A stretch of DNA of 64,000 nucleotides from a bacterium (GTDB lineage: Bacteria; UBA8248), in contig OZ242260.1 of NCBI GenBank assembly GCA_965207065.1, forward strand, positions 1,024,001 to 1,088,000, read 5' to 3'. Positions 28,653-37,632 of the stretch are shown one piece after another. The notes beneath the pieces were generated by a model. The model was not told where the DNA came from, did not search any database, and saw nothing but the letters and a program-made list of their open reading frames with translations. The position numbers and the translations under genes were made by a program. Positions within the stretch are counted from its first letter, which is position 1. Each line of letters opens with the position of its first letter.

Positions 28653-29545
28653 GCCAGGCCGCCGAAGTCGCAACCGGCATGCAGGAACTGGAAAGCGCGC
28701 CGATTCGCGGCATGTGGGAGGATACCCTGCGCCGTCTCCTCCGGCACCGCGTCGCCGTTGTGGGCTGCGTCTTCGTCTTCATATTCGTCGCTGTCTCACT
28801 CCTGGCGCCCGTCGTTGCCCCTTACGACCCCATTAAAGCGGATTTCCAGGCGGCGCTGAAAAAACCCTCCCTCGAGCATCCTTTCGGGACGGACCATTTC
28901 GGGCGCGACGTGCTGAGCCGCATCATTTACGGCGCGCGCACCTCGCTCCTGATCGGGGTGTTCTCCGTGCTCATCGCCGCGTTCGGGGGCGTGCTGCTGG
29001 GGCTCGTCGGCGGATACATGGGGGGATGGCTCGACAACCTCATCATGCGGATCGTGGACGTCTCGCTCACCTTCCCGCGCATCCTGCTCTCCATTCTGCT
29101 CATCGCCATCATCGGCACGGGGATGGAGAACATCATGCTGGCGGTGGGCATCTTCGCGATACCGACTTACGCGCGGCTGGTCCGCAGTTCGGTGCTGGTG
29201 CTGAAAGAAACCGAATTCGTGGAGGCGGCCCAGGCGATAGGCGGCTCGAGCCGCCGCGTGCTGTTCCTGCACATCTTTCCGGGGACGCTCGGCCCCGTCG
29301 TCGTGCAGTCCACCTTCCTCATCGCGACTTCCATCCGCGTGGCGGCGGGCCTGAGCTTCCTGGGCATCGGGGTGCCCCCGCCCACGCCCGAATGGGGGAC
29401 CATGCTCGCCGACGCGCGCTCCTACATGGCCCTGGCGCCGCACCTGCTCGCCATACCCGGCTTCGCCCTCATGGCGGTGGTGCTCTCCTTCAACCTGCTG
29501 GGGGACGGGCTGCGCGATGCGCTCGATCCGAAGCTGAGGAGGTAG
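28649..29545 (+). CDS. Peptide/nickel ABC transporter permease (DppC-like)
   Basis: HPFGTDHFGRDVLSR, EFVEAAQAIG, GDGLRDALDP; ATGA overlap. Confidence 0.93.
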   Translation: MSQAAEVATGMQELESAPIRGMWEDTLRRLLRHRVAVVGCVFVFIFVAVSLLAPVVAPYDPIKADFQAALKKPSLEHPFGTDHFGRDVLSRIIYGARTSLLIGVFSVLIAAFGGVLLGLVGGYMGGWLDNLIMRIVDVSLTFPRILLSILLIAIIGTGMENIMLAVGIFAIPTYARLVRSSVLVLKETEFVEAAQAIGGSSRRVLFLHIFPGTLGPVVVQSTFLIATSIRVAAGLSFLGIGVPPPTPEWGTMLADARSYMALAPHLLAIPGFALMAVVLSFNLLGDGLRDALDPKLRR

Positions 29546-29891
29546 GGGGGGAGGAGTTTAAGTATTTTTTAACAACTGCACCGGGCGGCATATCCATCAA
29601 CAATTCTGTGTAATTGCGACCTGTTCTTCTGGAGTTGGTGCGGTTTTGTTCGTCATTCCAAGCAAGTAGGGTTTTTTACAACCCCACACCTGCCCCCTAT
29701 TTTACTTTATTGGAACTGATAATCGTCATAATAAAAAAAGTGAAGTAAAATTTCCGTGCTGGTTTGATAATGTTAATTCTTTTTAAAGAGACTCGCTTTG
29801 ATCGACAGTTTTGCTTCGTCCTCACGAGAGTTGCCATACAAGAAGTGTGCGCAAGGATTTTGAGACGTTCGATTTTACGGGAGGTGCGGAC

Positions 29892-30989
29892 ATGGTTCGA
29901 CATGTAATTCGGTTAGCGTCGCTGGGCTTGTTGCTCGTCTGCGCTACGGTGGTGGATGCGGGCGACCGGAGGGCGGCTTCCGGCCCGTTGGTGCGTCCCG
30001 ACGCCCTGCACCGCGCGGTGTTGGCGGGTGACGTGGATGGCCTCAAGACGGCGCTCAAGGCAGGCGCGGACGTGAATGCGCGTGACGCTCGTGACTGGAC
30101 GGCGCTGATGCACGCGGCGAACAAAGGCTACGCGGCGATGGTCGGGCTGCTGCTCGAAGCCAAGGCGTACCTAGACGCCCGAGCTCCGGACGGCGCGACG
30201 GCGCTGTTCATCGCCGCGTTGCGCGGACGCTCCGAGGTTGTTGTGCAACTCATGAGGAAAGGAGCGGATGCCTCCATACCAGGACCGCTGGGCAAGTTGC
30301 CCTTGGAGGTGGCGCGGGATTTGCAGCACGTGAACATCACTGCGCATCCGGAGATCGCTGAACTGCAGCAAGCAGGAGCCCGAAAGAAGCAGGAACGCAA
30401 AATGCGAGATGAAGCAAGGCGGCGAGAGCGAGAAGAATCCGGTGCTTTCGGGCAGGCGCAGGCATCGAATACTCCATCTGCGTACAAGGCATTTCTGACC
30501 TCCTGGTGTCCCGGCGGCAAGCTCTGCGCGAGGGCGCGTTCACTGCTCGATGAAACCATAAAGAAGGCGCTCGTCGGCAATACTTTCACCGGAGTCGACT
30601 CAGATGGTGATGAAGCTAGGCTCGAATTCCATCCGTCTGGTAAGTTCTCTAGCTCCTTCTCGGATAGTCCTTTTCATAAAATAACATTAAATGATTGGCA
30701 CGTAGAAGGAGAGAAAATAATTTTGAGATTTAATGAAGAGGATATGTTATTTGGTAGGAGCCACTCCTACTACGCCTTTAGTGGCACTGGAAAAATACAT
30801 GGTGATGTTCTTGAAATTCGGGGAGTAACAGACTATTTTTTTAACGGTTTCCCATTCCCCGACTTGCGTGAGAAAAAGCACATCGTGATACGTCTACGCA
30901 AGGATGTCTCGGTAGAGAAGATTGACAAGGAAGTAACACCGTCGTCCGACAAGGAAGGTCCCGACAAAACTGAAAATGAAGGAAATTGA
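29892..30989 (+). CDS. Exported ankyrin-repeat protein with unrecognised C-terminal domain
   Basis: Signal peptide; LHRAV...GADVNARD..WTALMHAA..., GATALFIAA; GGAGG RBS before ATG 29892. Confidence 0.88.
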   Translation: MVRHVIRLASLGLLLVCATVVDAGDRRAASGPLVRPDALHRAVLAGDVDGLKTALKAGADVNARDARDWTALMHAANKGYAAMVGLLLEAKAYLDARAPDGATALFIAALRGRSEVVVQLMRKGADASIPGPLGKLPLEVARDLQHVNITAHPEIAELQQAGARKKQERKMRDEARRREREESGAFGQAQASNTPSAYKAFLTSWCPGGKLCARARSLLDETIKKALVGNTFTGVDSDGDEARLEFHPSGKFSSSFSDSPFHKITLNDWHVEGEKIILRFNEEDMLFGRSHSYYAFSGTGKIHGDVLEIRGVTDYFFNGFPFPDLREKKHIVIRLRKDVSVEKIDKEVTPSSDKEGPDKTENEGN

Positions 30990-31098
30990 GCCTGTACTGC
31001 TCATAGAGTGGCAGCACTGTGAATGGCAGAAAGCACGAGGTCGGCCATGACTCTGGGAATCATGATAAGAGGACATTAGAAAAGTAAAGATTTCGGTA

Positions 31099-31197
31099 AT
31101 GTCGGCGCTTATGCCCTCCGTGGTGGCGGCGTTTGCCTTGATTCTCATCTGTGTTACGGTGACATATGCGGATTACGCTGCGGGCAAAAGCAGGTGA
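31099..31197 (+). pseudogene. Possible truncated exported-protein gene (signal peptide only)
   Basis: MSALMPSVVAAFALILICVTVTYADYAAGKSR*. Confidence 0.3.
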
Positions 31198-31690
31198 GAC
31201 GCAGGTAAGTCCGCCGAAGTGCCAGAGAGTGGCGCGCGGCCGCGAATGCAGGCGCTCACCTTACGCCTATCGTGGCCTTTTTCCCGCAAAAATCCATGTC
31301 GAGAAACAGGTTTTCCTTTTTGCCTACCAGGTTAACGTAGTCCACAACATCCGTCTGATGATGGTTCTACCCCGTGTCGTGAATTTGCGCCTGACTTCCC
31401 ATTTTTTTAAACGCAACGCATTCGCTTATGAAATTTCCTGTATGTTGGTGTGATTCCGAAGGAGAACGATTTTGATTGCGAATTATCAGTAGATATACTA
31501 TAAAATCAAATATAAAATAGTATAGGTATGGGTTCAAAAGATGAAAGACTTAAACACTTTCTTACCCATGAACCGATGCAATCGAATAAAACAATTAGAC
31601 CCTTCACGGCTATCGAGCGTCTGGACTATTCCTAATTTTCGCGCATCCCAGGACTTTTCACATAAAATAATCGCGCTCTCCAAAAGAAGA

Positions 31691-32635
31691 GTGGGTGTTC
31701 GTCGCCTGCTATTGCCCATTATACTGAGCGTGCTGTTAACTGCAGTATTCTTATTGTATGCGCATATTACGCTTGCGGCGGCGGTAATGCCTGGTCCACG
31801 ACTTTTCGCCGCACATGCATTGGCTTTGCGCTCGGCTGGCGTGAGTGGCAGCGAACCTGCTGTGAGGCTTCTAAGCGCAATGCTTGGGGCGGATGTTGTC
31901 GGTTCAAAAGAAACATTTTCAGCTTTATGGGGACCGTTCTTTGGGAACACGGTTGTCAAACTTGGCCGTCTGCTTTCGCCCGCGCCCGTTGCCCTTTACT
32001 ATAATCCGTTGCTCGACGCGGCCTTGTTCACTTTGTGGGAGAGGCGGAGCGACGATTTCAAACTGGTTTCTATTCGCGCCTTACCGGGTGAGCGGCTGGT
32101 TGCCAAAAACGATGTCGTCCCACTTCTTCCTATTTGGATTACGACGAAAAAAGAACCAATCACGACGCTTGCTGAGATCACGGTTGCTCGTCTCGAAGCC
32201 TTCCGCCGTACGCATCCGGCGGGAGAAAAAAAGGGTGGCCAAGACGATATTACTTATGCCTCCGCCGACATCCAGGCGGTGCTTCCTCGCCTGTTGTGGA
32301 ATGTTATCACGCGTGAGCGGCAGGCGGAGCGGACCAAACTTTGGTTGCCTGCCGCTCTCACTCGGATAAATTCTGTATTAGCCTTTCGTAATGCAAAGGC
32401 CCTGACGGTAGCGGCCCCCGATACCGACGCGCAGACCGCCGCCGCACTCGCGGACATGCCCACTAATTTCGCTGCGCAGCTCACGCTCGACATGGTTCTC
32501 GAAACCGACGGTGGTGATCGCCTGCTCATCGGCTCTCTGCCCGAGGACGGGGACACCTACGTACTGGCGCACTGCCGCCTGAAAGGCGATATTTGTAAGC
32601 TTCGCCGTTTCATATTAATCTCCTTACTCGAATAG
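31691..32635 (+). CDS. Hypothetical exported/membrane-anchored protein
   Basis: ORF open from 31541; GTG 31691 precedes a hydrophobic leader; start uncertain. Confidence 0.7.
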   Translation: MGVRRLLLPIILSVLLTAVFLLYAHITLAAAVMPGPRLFAAHALALRSAGVSGSEPAVRLLSAMLGADVVGSKETFSALWGPFFGNTVVKLGRLLSPAPVALYYNPLLDAALFTLWERRSDDFKLVSIRALPGERLVAKNDVVPLLPIWITTKKEPITTLAEITVARLEAFRRTHPAGEKKGGQDDITYASADIQAVLPRLLWNVITRERQAERTKLWLPAALTRINSVLAFRNAKALTVAAPDTDAQTAAALADMPTNFAAQLTLDMVLETDGGDRLLIGSLPEDGDTYVLAHCRLKGDICKLRRFILISLLE

Positions 32636-32682
32636 ACAAGTTTGATATTATTAAACAACTCATAATACTGGAGGGCATACCA

Positions 32683-34107
32683 ATGACCGACAGAGCAAAT
32701 GGTCGCGAATGGGTTGGCTTGGGGATTTACGTGCTAATCGTTGCCATGTTCTTTTTTTGCGCCGCACCTTCGGAAGGCATGAATATGTTCAGACTGTCAA
32801 ATAATAATGAAGCAGTCAAGAAAGCTGAGGGTATTGGTTATGCTTACGAGAATTTGCTGAATAAAGCTACCGATGTCTTGGATCTTGGGTTTGAAGCCGT
32901 ATTCGACGAAATCGGAAACAAGACTCCGGAATTTTTTGCTGCTTCAGATAAATTATTCAATAACGCTTCGAGGGAGTTCATTGAAGACGTCGAGGAAGGA
33001 CAAAATAAATCCATGTTGGATCGAAAGATTAATGAAATAAAAGAACGCGCAGAAAGCAAGATTAAAGGCGCCATAATGGTTCGCATAGAAGGAACGGCTA
33101 AATTCGTCGGTGATAAACTCAAGCGATTCATAGGCGGAGCTGACGAGACCGAGGTGGATCTGCGTGCTGCGTTAGCGGTAAACCAGAGCGACGATAGCGA
33201 GCGGAAACTATATGAATCGAAGAACGGGATTCTGAACAGTAAGCCGCTTCCCAAGGTAACGCCCTCCTCGCTGGCTTCGGATGTCGCCTATGAGGCGACG
33301 AGCCGGGGCGCCGGGCTGGCGAATGAGAAGGTTTCTACAGGCAACGCAGGTGCGCAGTTAAAGGATTGTTTCTCCATTGTCGAGGCGAGCCAATCGCGGA
33401 AGTCGGCCCTCCAGTTCTGCTGCTTGGGCACTTACGACGACAAAAAAATCAATTCGTTGGGATGGATGTGGAATGAGAGCATCAACATGTTTGTCGATAG
33501 GTCAAAATGCAACCGCGCCAAACTTCGGGAAACCTTTATCGAGAAGCTCAAGAAAGAGGAAGCAGAAAATGCCGCTCGGGAACGTGAACAGATTTTGAAG
33601 GATGAACAGGAGGCGGAGCGGCTCAAAGCCCATGATGAGCATCAGATTCAAGCCGAAAAACTTAGAACAATTACAGATCGGGAGAAAGCGGACTCTACGT
33701 GGCACGCCGAGAAACTCAACGCCATCGGTTACCGGGAGAACCAGGAACGTCAGCTTCAAGCCGAAAAGCTGCGGACGATTCGCGCCCGCGAGAGCGCAAA
33801 TACAGCCAAGCATACTGAACAACTAAACGCTATCCGCGACCTGGAGAACCAAAATGCCAGAATTTATTCAAGGGCGGGTCGTCATAGCTCCTCGAATAAT
33901 AGATCTGGATGCAAGTCCCGGCCTCAAAAGGCACAAGCGGCGCTCGACAATTATTATACCCGAATCCGAAGCGGAAAAATAAATAGCTGCGCGGCGTTTA
34001 ACGCCTTCATGGCTGATTTAGATAGTTCTCTATGTCTTGACGAGCAGATGAAGAGGCAGGTCAGAAGACATGTTGCATCTACTCGAGCAAGTCTTTGTTC
34101 TCGATAG
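32683..34107 (+). CDS. Hypothetical exported helical protein with internal 18/36-aa repeats
   Basis: GGAGG RBS, signal peptide, AEKLRTI/AEKLNAI repeats, Cys clusters. Confidence 0.8.
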   Translation: MTDRANGREWVGLGIYVLIVAMFFFCAAPSEGMNMFRLSNNNEAVKKAEGIGYAYENLLNKATDVLDLGFEAVFDEIGNKTPEFFAASDKLFNNASREFIEDVEEGQNKSMLDRKINEIKERAESKIKGAIMVRIEGTAKFVGDKLKRFIGGADETEVDLRAALAVNQSDDSERKLYESKNGILNSKPLPKVTPSSLASDVAYEATSRGAGLANEKVSTGNAGAQLKDCFSIVEASQSRKSALQFCCLGTYDDKKINSLGWMWNESINMFVDRSKCNRAKLRETFIEKLKKEEAENAAREREQILKDEQEAERLKAHDEHQIQAEKLRTITDREKADSTWHAEKLNAIGYRENQERQLQAEKLRTIRARESANTAKHTEQLNAIRDLENQNARIYSRAGRHSSSNNRSGCKSRPQKAQAALDNYYTRIRSGKINSCAAFNAFMADLDSSLCLDEQMKRQVRRHVASTRASLCSR

Positions 34108-34285
34108 ATAGTTTTTTCGTTTCGCTCAGGCGGAAATGATATGGGGCAGAGATTGGAGGTTTAAACCGTTGCTCTGCAGTTCGTCGCGAATTGTAGTGCG
34201 TTCAATCTATTATCATAAAAGTCATTATGTGATGTAGCGATTCAAGAAATGTCTAAGAGGTGGTTGCTAAATTGGGAGGTGGGAA

Positions 34286-35935
34286 ATGTCGAATAATCCA
34301 GCCAGATTGTTTGTCAGTTTATGCATGCTCCTGCTAACGATAAGTGGTTGTGAAGAGTCCAGCCTGCGAGCGGCTATCGAAAAAGGAGATGAAGCGGCTG
34401 TCGTTTCGGCGCTGAAATCCGGGGCGAACGTGAACGAAAAAGATGAGGAGGGCGAGACCCCTTTGCATTGGGCAGTGAAAAGGAAGAATACAGATGTGAT
34501 CGACGCTTTGCTTCAGGCCGGAGCCGGGGCCGAGACACCCGCCTTGAAGAAAAAAGCGGCATTGATTGCCGCGGGCTGCGAGTCTTGGAACACAGAATTT
34601 TTTCTACGAAATATGACATCAGAAAAAATTGGTGAATGCCTCAAGGCTGGTGCAGACCCGAATGGAAGAGATTCGGGGGGCGATACTGCGCTACACAATG
34701 CAGCCTCGACTTACAACACCGCTGTGATATCCATTTTGCTGAAAGCCGGTGCTGACGTAAACGCGAAGAACAAGAAAGGTGAGACCCCGCTGTATAGGGC
34801 TGTCGATAGGGATAATCCCGCCTTGATCACCGCTTTGCTGAAGGCCGGGGCTGGAACGCCCGCTCTGAGGAAAAAGGCTACGTTTATAGCCGCTGGCTGC
34901 GCGGCCTGGAACACATTAGATTTCATGCGAAGCGCGACGTCTGAAAAGATATCGAAATGTTTAAAAATCGGCGCGGACCCGAATGCGCGGGACAAATCCG
35001 GAAATACCACCCTAACCAATGCAGTGCTCGGCAAGAACCCCGCTGTGATAACCGCTTTGCTCAAAGCCGGTGCTGACGTGAGCGCGAAAGACAAAAACGG
35101 CAAGACGGCCTTGCAGTGGGCGGTCACGAAACAGTATGCAGCTGTAATCGACGTTTTGCTGAAGGCCGGAGCCGGAACATCAGTTCTCAGGAATAAAGCA
35201 AAGCTGGTCGCCGCGGGCTGCGTGGCCTGGAACACGATGAAGTTCATGCAAATCGCAACACTAGAAATGATGGCCGATTGCTTCAAGGCCGGCGCGAATC
35301 CGAATGCGCGGGACAAGGAGGGGAGTACACTCCTTTATCGGGTGGTAAGAAAGGGATATGGATCGGCAGTCGTCGCGTTGCTGAAAGCCGGCGCGGACCC
35401 GAACGCGCGCGAACTTGATGGTTACGCTCCTCTGCACCGCGCGGCCGAGAAAGGCGATGAAGAGATAGTCATCGCATTGCTGAAAGCCGGTGCGGACCCG
35501 AATGCGCGGGACATTGTAGACGGCAATACCCCTTTGCATATGGTCAAGAAAAGCGATCGAAGGGTGCTCGTCGCTTTGTTGAAAGCCGGGGCGAACCCGA
35601 ACGCCCGGAATGGAGAAGGATTCACATTTCGTCGTACAAGCCTGAAAAGGCAACAGGCAGCCGAAGCCACTACAAGAAAGGCTGCGCTGAAAAAAGAGCA
35701 AGATAAACGTGAAGCGGAAGCCGCTGAGCGAAGGGCCGCACAGGAAGAAGAACGACGAAGGCGCGAAGCCGAAGCCGCAGCAAGAAGGGCCGCGCAGGAA
35801 GAAGAACAGCAAAGGCGCGAAACCGAAGCTGAGCGGCGAAGGGCCACGCAAGAGCGTGAACGTATAGAGAGGCAAAATTTAAGGCTATTTCAACAATTCC
35901 AACAACAACTTCAGCAACTGCAACAGATGCGATAG
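34286..35935 (+). CDS. Ankyrin-repeat lipoprotein with charged helical and Gln-rich tail
   Basis: Lipobox ISGC; many GETPLH/GADPNARD units; 107-aa super-repeat; E/R/A-rich tail. Confidence 0.93.
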   Translation: MSNNPARLFVSLCMLLLTISGCEESSLRAAIEKGDEAAVVSALKSGANVNEKDEEGETPLHWAVKRKNTDVIDALLQAGAGAETPALKKKAALIAAGCESWNTEFFLRNMTSEKIGECLKAGADPNGRDSGGDTALHNAASTYNTAVISILLKAGADVNAKNKKGETPLYRAVDRDNPALITALLKAGAGTPALRKKATFIAAGCAAWNTLDFMRSATSEKISKCLKIGADPNARDKSGNTTLTNAVLGKNPAVITALLKAGADVSAKDKNGKTALQWAVTKQYAAVIDVLLKAGAGTSVLRNKAKLVAAGCVAWNTMKFMQIATLEMMADCFKAGANPNARDKEGSTLLYRVVRKGYGSAVVALLKAGADPNARELDGYAPLHRAAEKGDEEIVIALLKAGADPNARDIVDGNTPLHMVKKSDRRVLVALLKAGANPNARNGEGFTFRRTSLKRQQAAEATTRKAALKKEQDKREAEAAERRAAQEEERRRREAEAAARRAAQEEEQQRRETEAERRRATQERERIERQNLRLFQQFQQQLQQLQQMR

Positions 35936-36401
35936 CGATAATGCTGCCGCAATGACGACCGCAGGGGCGGTTCGTAAGCCGCCGCGAACCGGGCGCCCGC
36001 CCCTCCCTCGATACGGCACACGGGCGGACACCTTCGGTATTCCCCTTCTCGGGGATACCGACACCCCTACGAAAAACCATAAATCGAACAAACGGAAACA
36101 ACTCTGGTCGGCCTTCCGACCGCCACTAACATGGGCCGGAGTGACGGCGTAAAAAACCCGTGGGCGGAGAAGGCCGGACAACCACGGGGGGTTGTCCCTA
36201 CGCAAATCCAACGAACGCGAACATGAAAGACACTGGATTCCGGCAATCCCTCTTTCTTCGCCCAAGTCAAACACTCATTCATCAATCGTGTTTCACCCCC
36301 CACCGATTCAGCCTTCGCAAAATCCGCTCGGCTTCGACCCGTAGGGGACGCATACATGCGTCCCTGCCTTTTTCGCCGCCCGGTCATGGGCCGCATTTAT
36401 A

Positions 36402-36549
36402 GGGTTGTTGAAAAAGACCCCTTTTAGGGGGCAAAGGCGACGCCCCTCTCGACTGGAAAAGCAACCCCCCCTACCCCCCCTTGTCAGGGGGGTAAAAAAA
36501 ACCTCCCGGCATGAGGGGCAAGAAATTGACGAGTCTTTTTCAACAGCCC
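36402..36549. mobile_element. Miniature element with 17-bp terminal inverted repeats
   Basis: GGGTTGTTGAAAAAGAC ... GTCTTTTTCAACAGCCC (1 mismatch). Confidence 0.7.
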
Positions 36550-36730
36550 ACCAAGCCCCTCATCGGTCGCGTCAATCACTCCTTTATCAGTCGTGATTAA
36601 TCTCAAAGGGGGAGCGGTTCCTGACTCATCGGGCGGGCGGTTTTGACACGCTCAGGCTCGGATATGGTATGATTCGCGGGATCGGTTCATAAGGCATGCA
36701 GCTGAATCAAACCAGGGGAGGCGTGACGCC

Positions 36731-37084
36731 ATGAAGGTGATGAACTACAAGGATGCGGAACTGAAATCGGAGAAGGCGGCGAAGGGCGCGGGCATCCGCT
36801 GGCTGCTCAGCGAGCGCGACGGCGAGACCGATATGGCGATGCGGGTCATCGAGATTGAGGCGGGCGGGCAGACGCCGGACCACGCACACTCCTGGGAGCA
36901 CCAGGTGTTCATGCTGAAGGGCGAGGGGCGGGTAATCGTCGAGGGCGAGACGCGGGCCATCGCGCCGGGCTCGGCCATATTCGTGGCGCCGGACGAGAAC
37001 CACACCTTCCACAACGATTCGGACGAGACCATGGAGTTCGTCTGCATGATTCCCGTGAGCGCCACCCAGGCGTATGAGCACTAG
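36731..37084 (+). CDS. Cupin domain protein
   Basis: TPDHAHSWEH...GEG, APDENHTF; GGAGG RBS. Confidence 0.9.
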   Translation: MKVMNYKDAELKSEKAAKGAGIRWLLSERDGETDMAMRVIEIEAGGQTPDHAHSWEHQVFMLKGEGRVIVEGETRAIAPGSAIFVAPDENHTFHNDSDETMEFVCMIPVSATQAYEH

Positions 37085-37110
37085 GCGGGGAACCGGCGCT
37101 CCCCCGCCCA

Positions 37111-37180
37111 CTGAATTTCCGTAAATATCGATAAATTTGGATAAAATCCGGTAAATTAACGGGGTATTTCCGTAAATTTC
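37111..37180. repeat. Degenerate 10-bp tandem repeat, with an inverted relative at 50354-50403
   Basis: ctgaatttcc/gtaaatatcg/ataaatttgg/ataaaatccg/gtaaattaac followed by ggggtatttccg. Confidence 0.6.
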
Positions 37181-37632
37181 TGCGGGGAATTGCGGGGATT
37201 CGTGCGGGCGAAAATCTCTCGCCAAAGACACGCCGCGAGGATACCACGGCTCCCCAAGCGTTCGCGCAGCGGCAAATGCGGGGAACTGCGGGGGGTGGAA
37301 CCACGGACGGGCGTTCGTCCCGGACTTCCGAATACGCCACAATATCTAGCCTGATTCCAGAATCTTCACACTATATATGTGCGAAATGATTCTCTCAGCA
37401 AGAAAATCCGCCGAAAAATCAATTTCTATATCCATAACTTACATAATATCAATATGTTATAATTAATTATGCAAGAATCGCTTTAAGCATGGCGTGAGTT
37501 GATTATTTTATAATGTTCATAAAACATTCAAAATCAATAAGATATGTCGACTAGTGAAAATATTACTTGAAATATATTCCGGGCCCTTGGTATATTCGGC
37601 AGCGTTCCAATCCGTCCCGTAGGGTGCTTGAA

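Noticed and set aside
35950-36620. Short ORFs in the repeat patch (also 27082-27661, 52714-53073, 58483-58728)
   Set aside because: They are translations of REP/MITE sequence, and the same peptides recur at each repeat copy
37340-37570. Replication origin
   Set aside because: AT-rich, but I found no DnaA-box cluster and no dnaA/dnaN/gidA context
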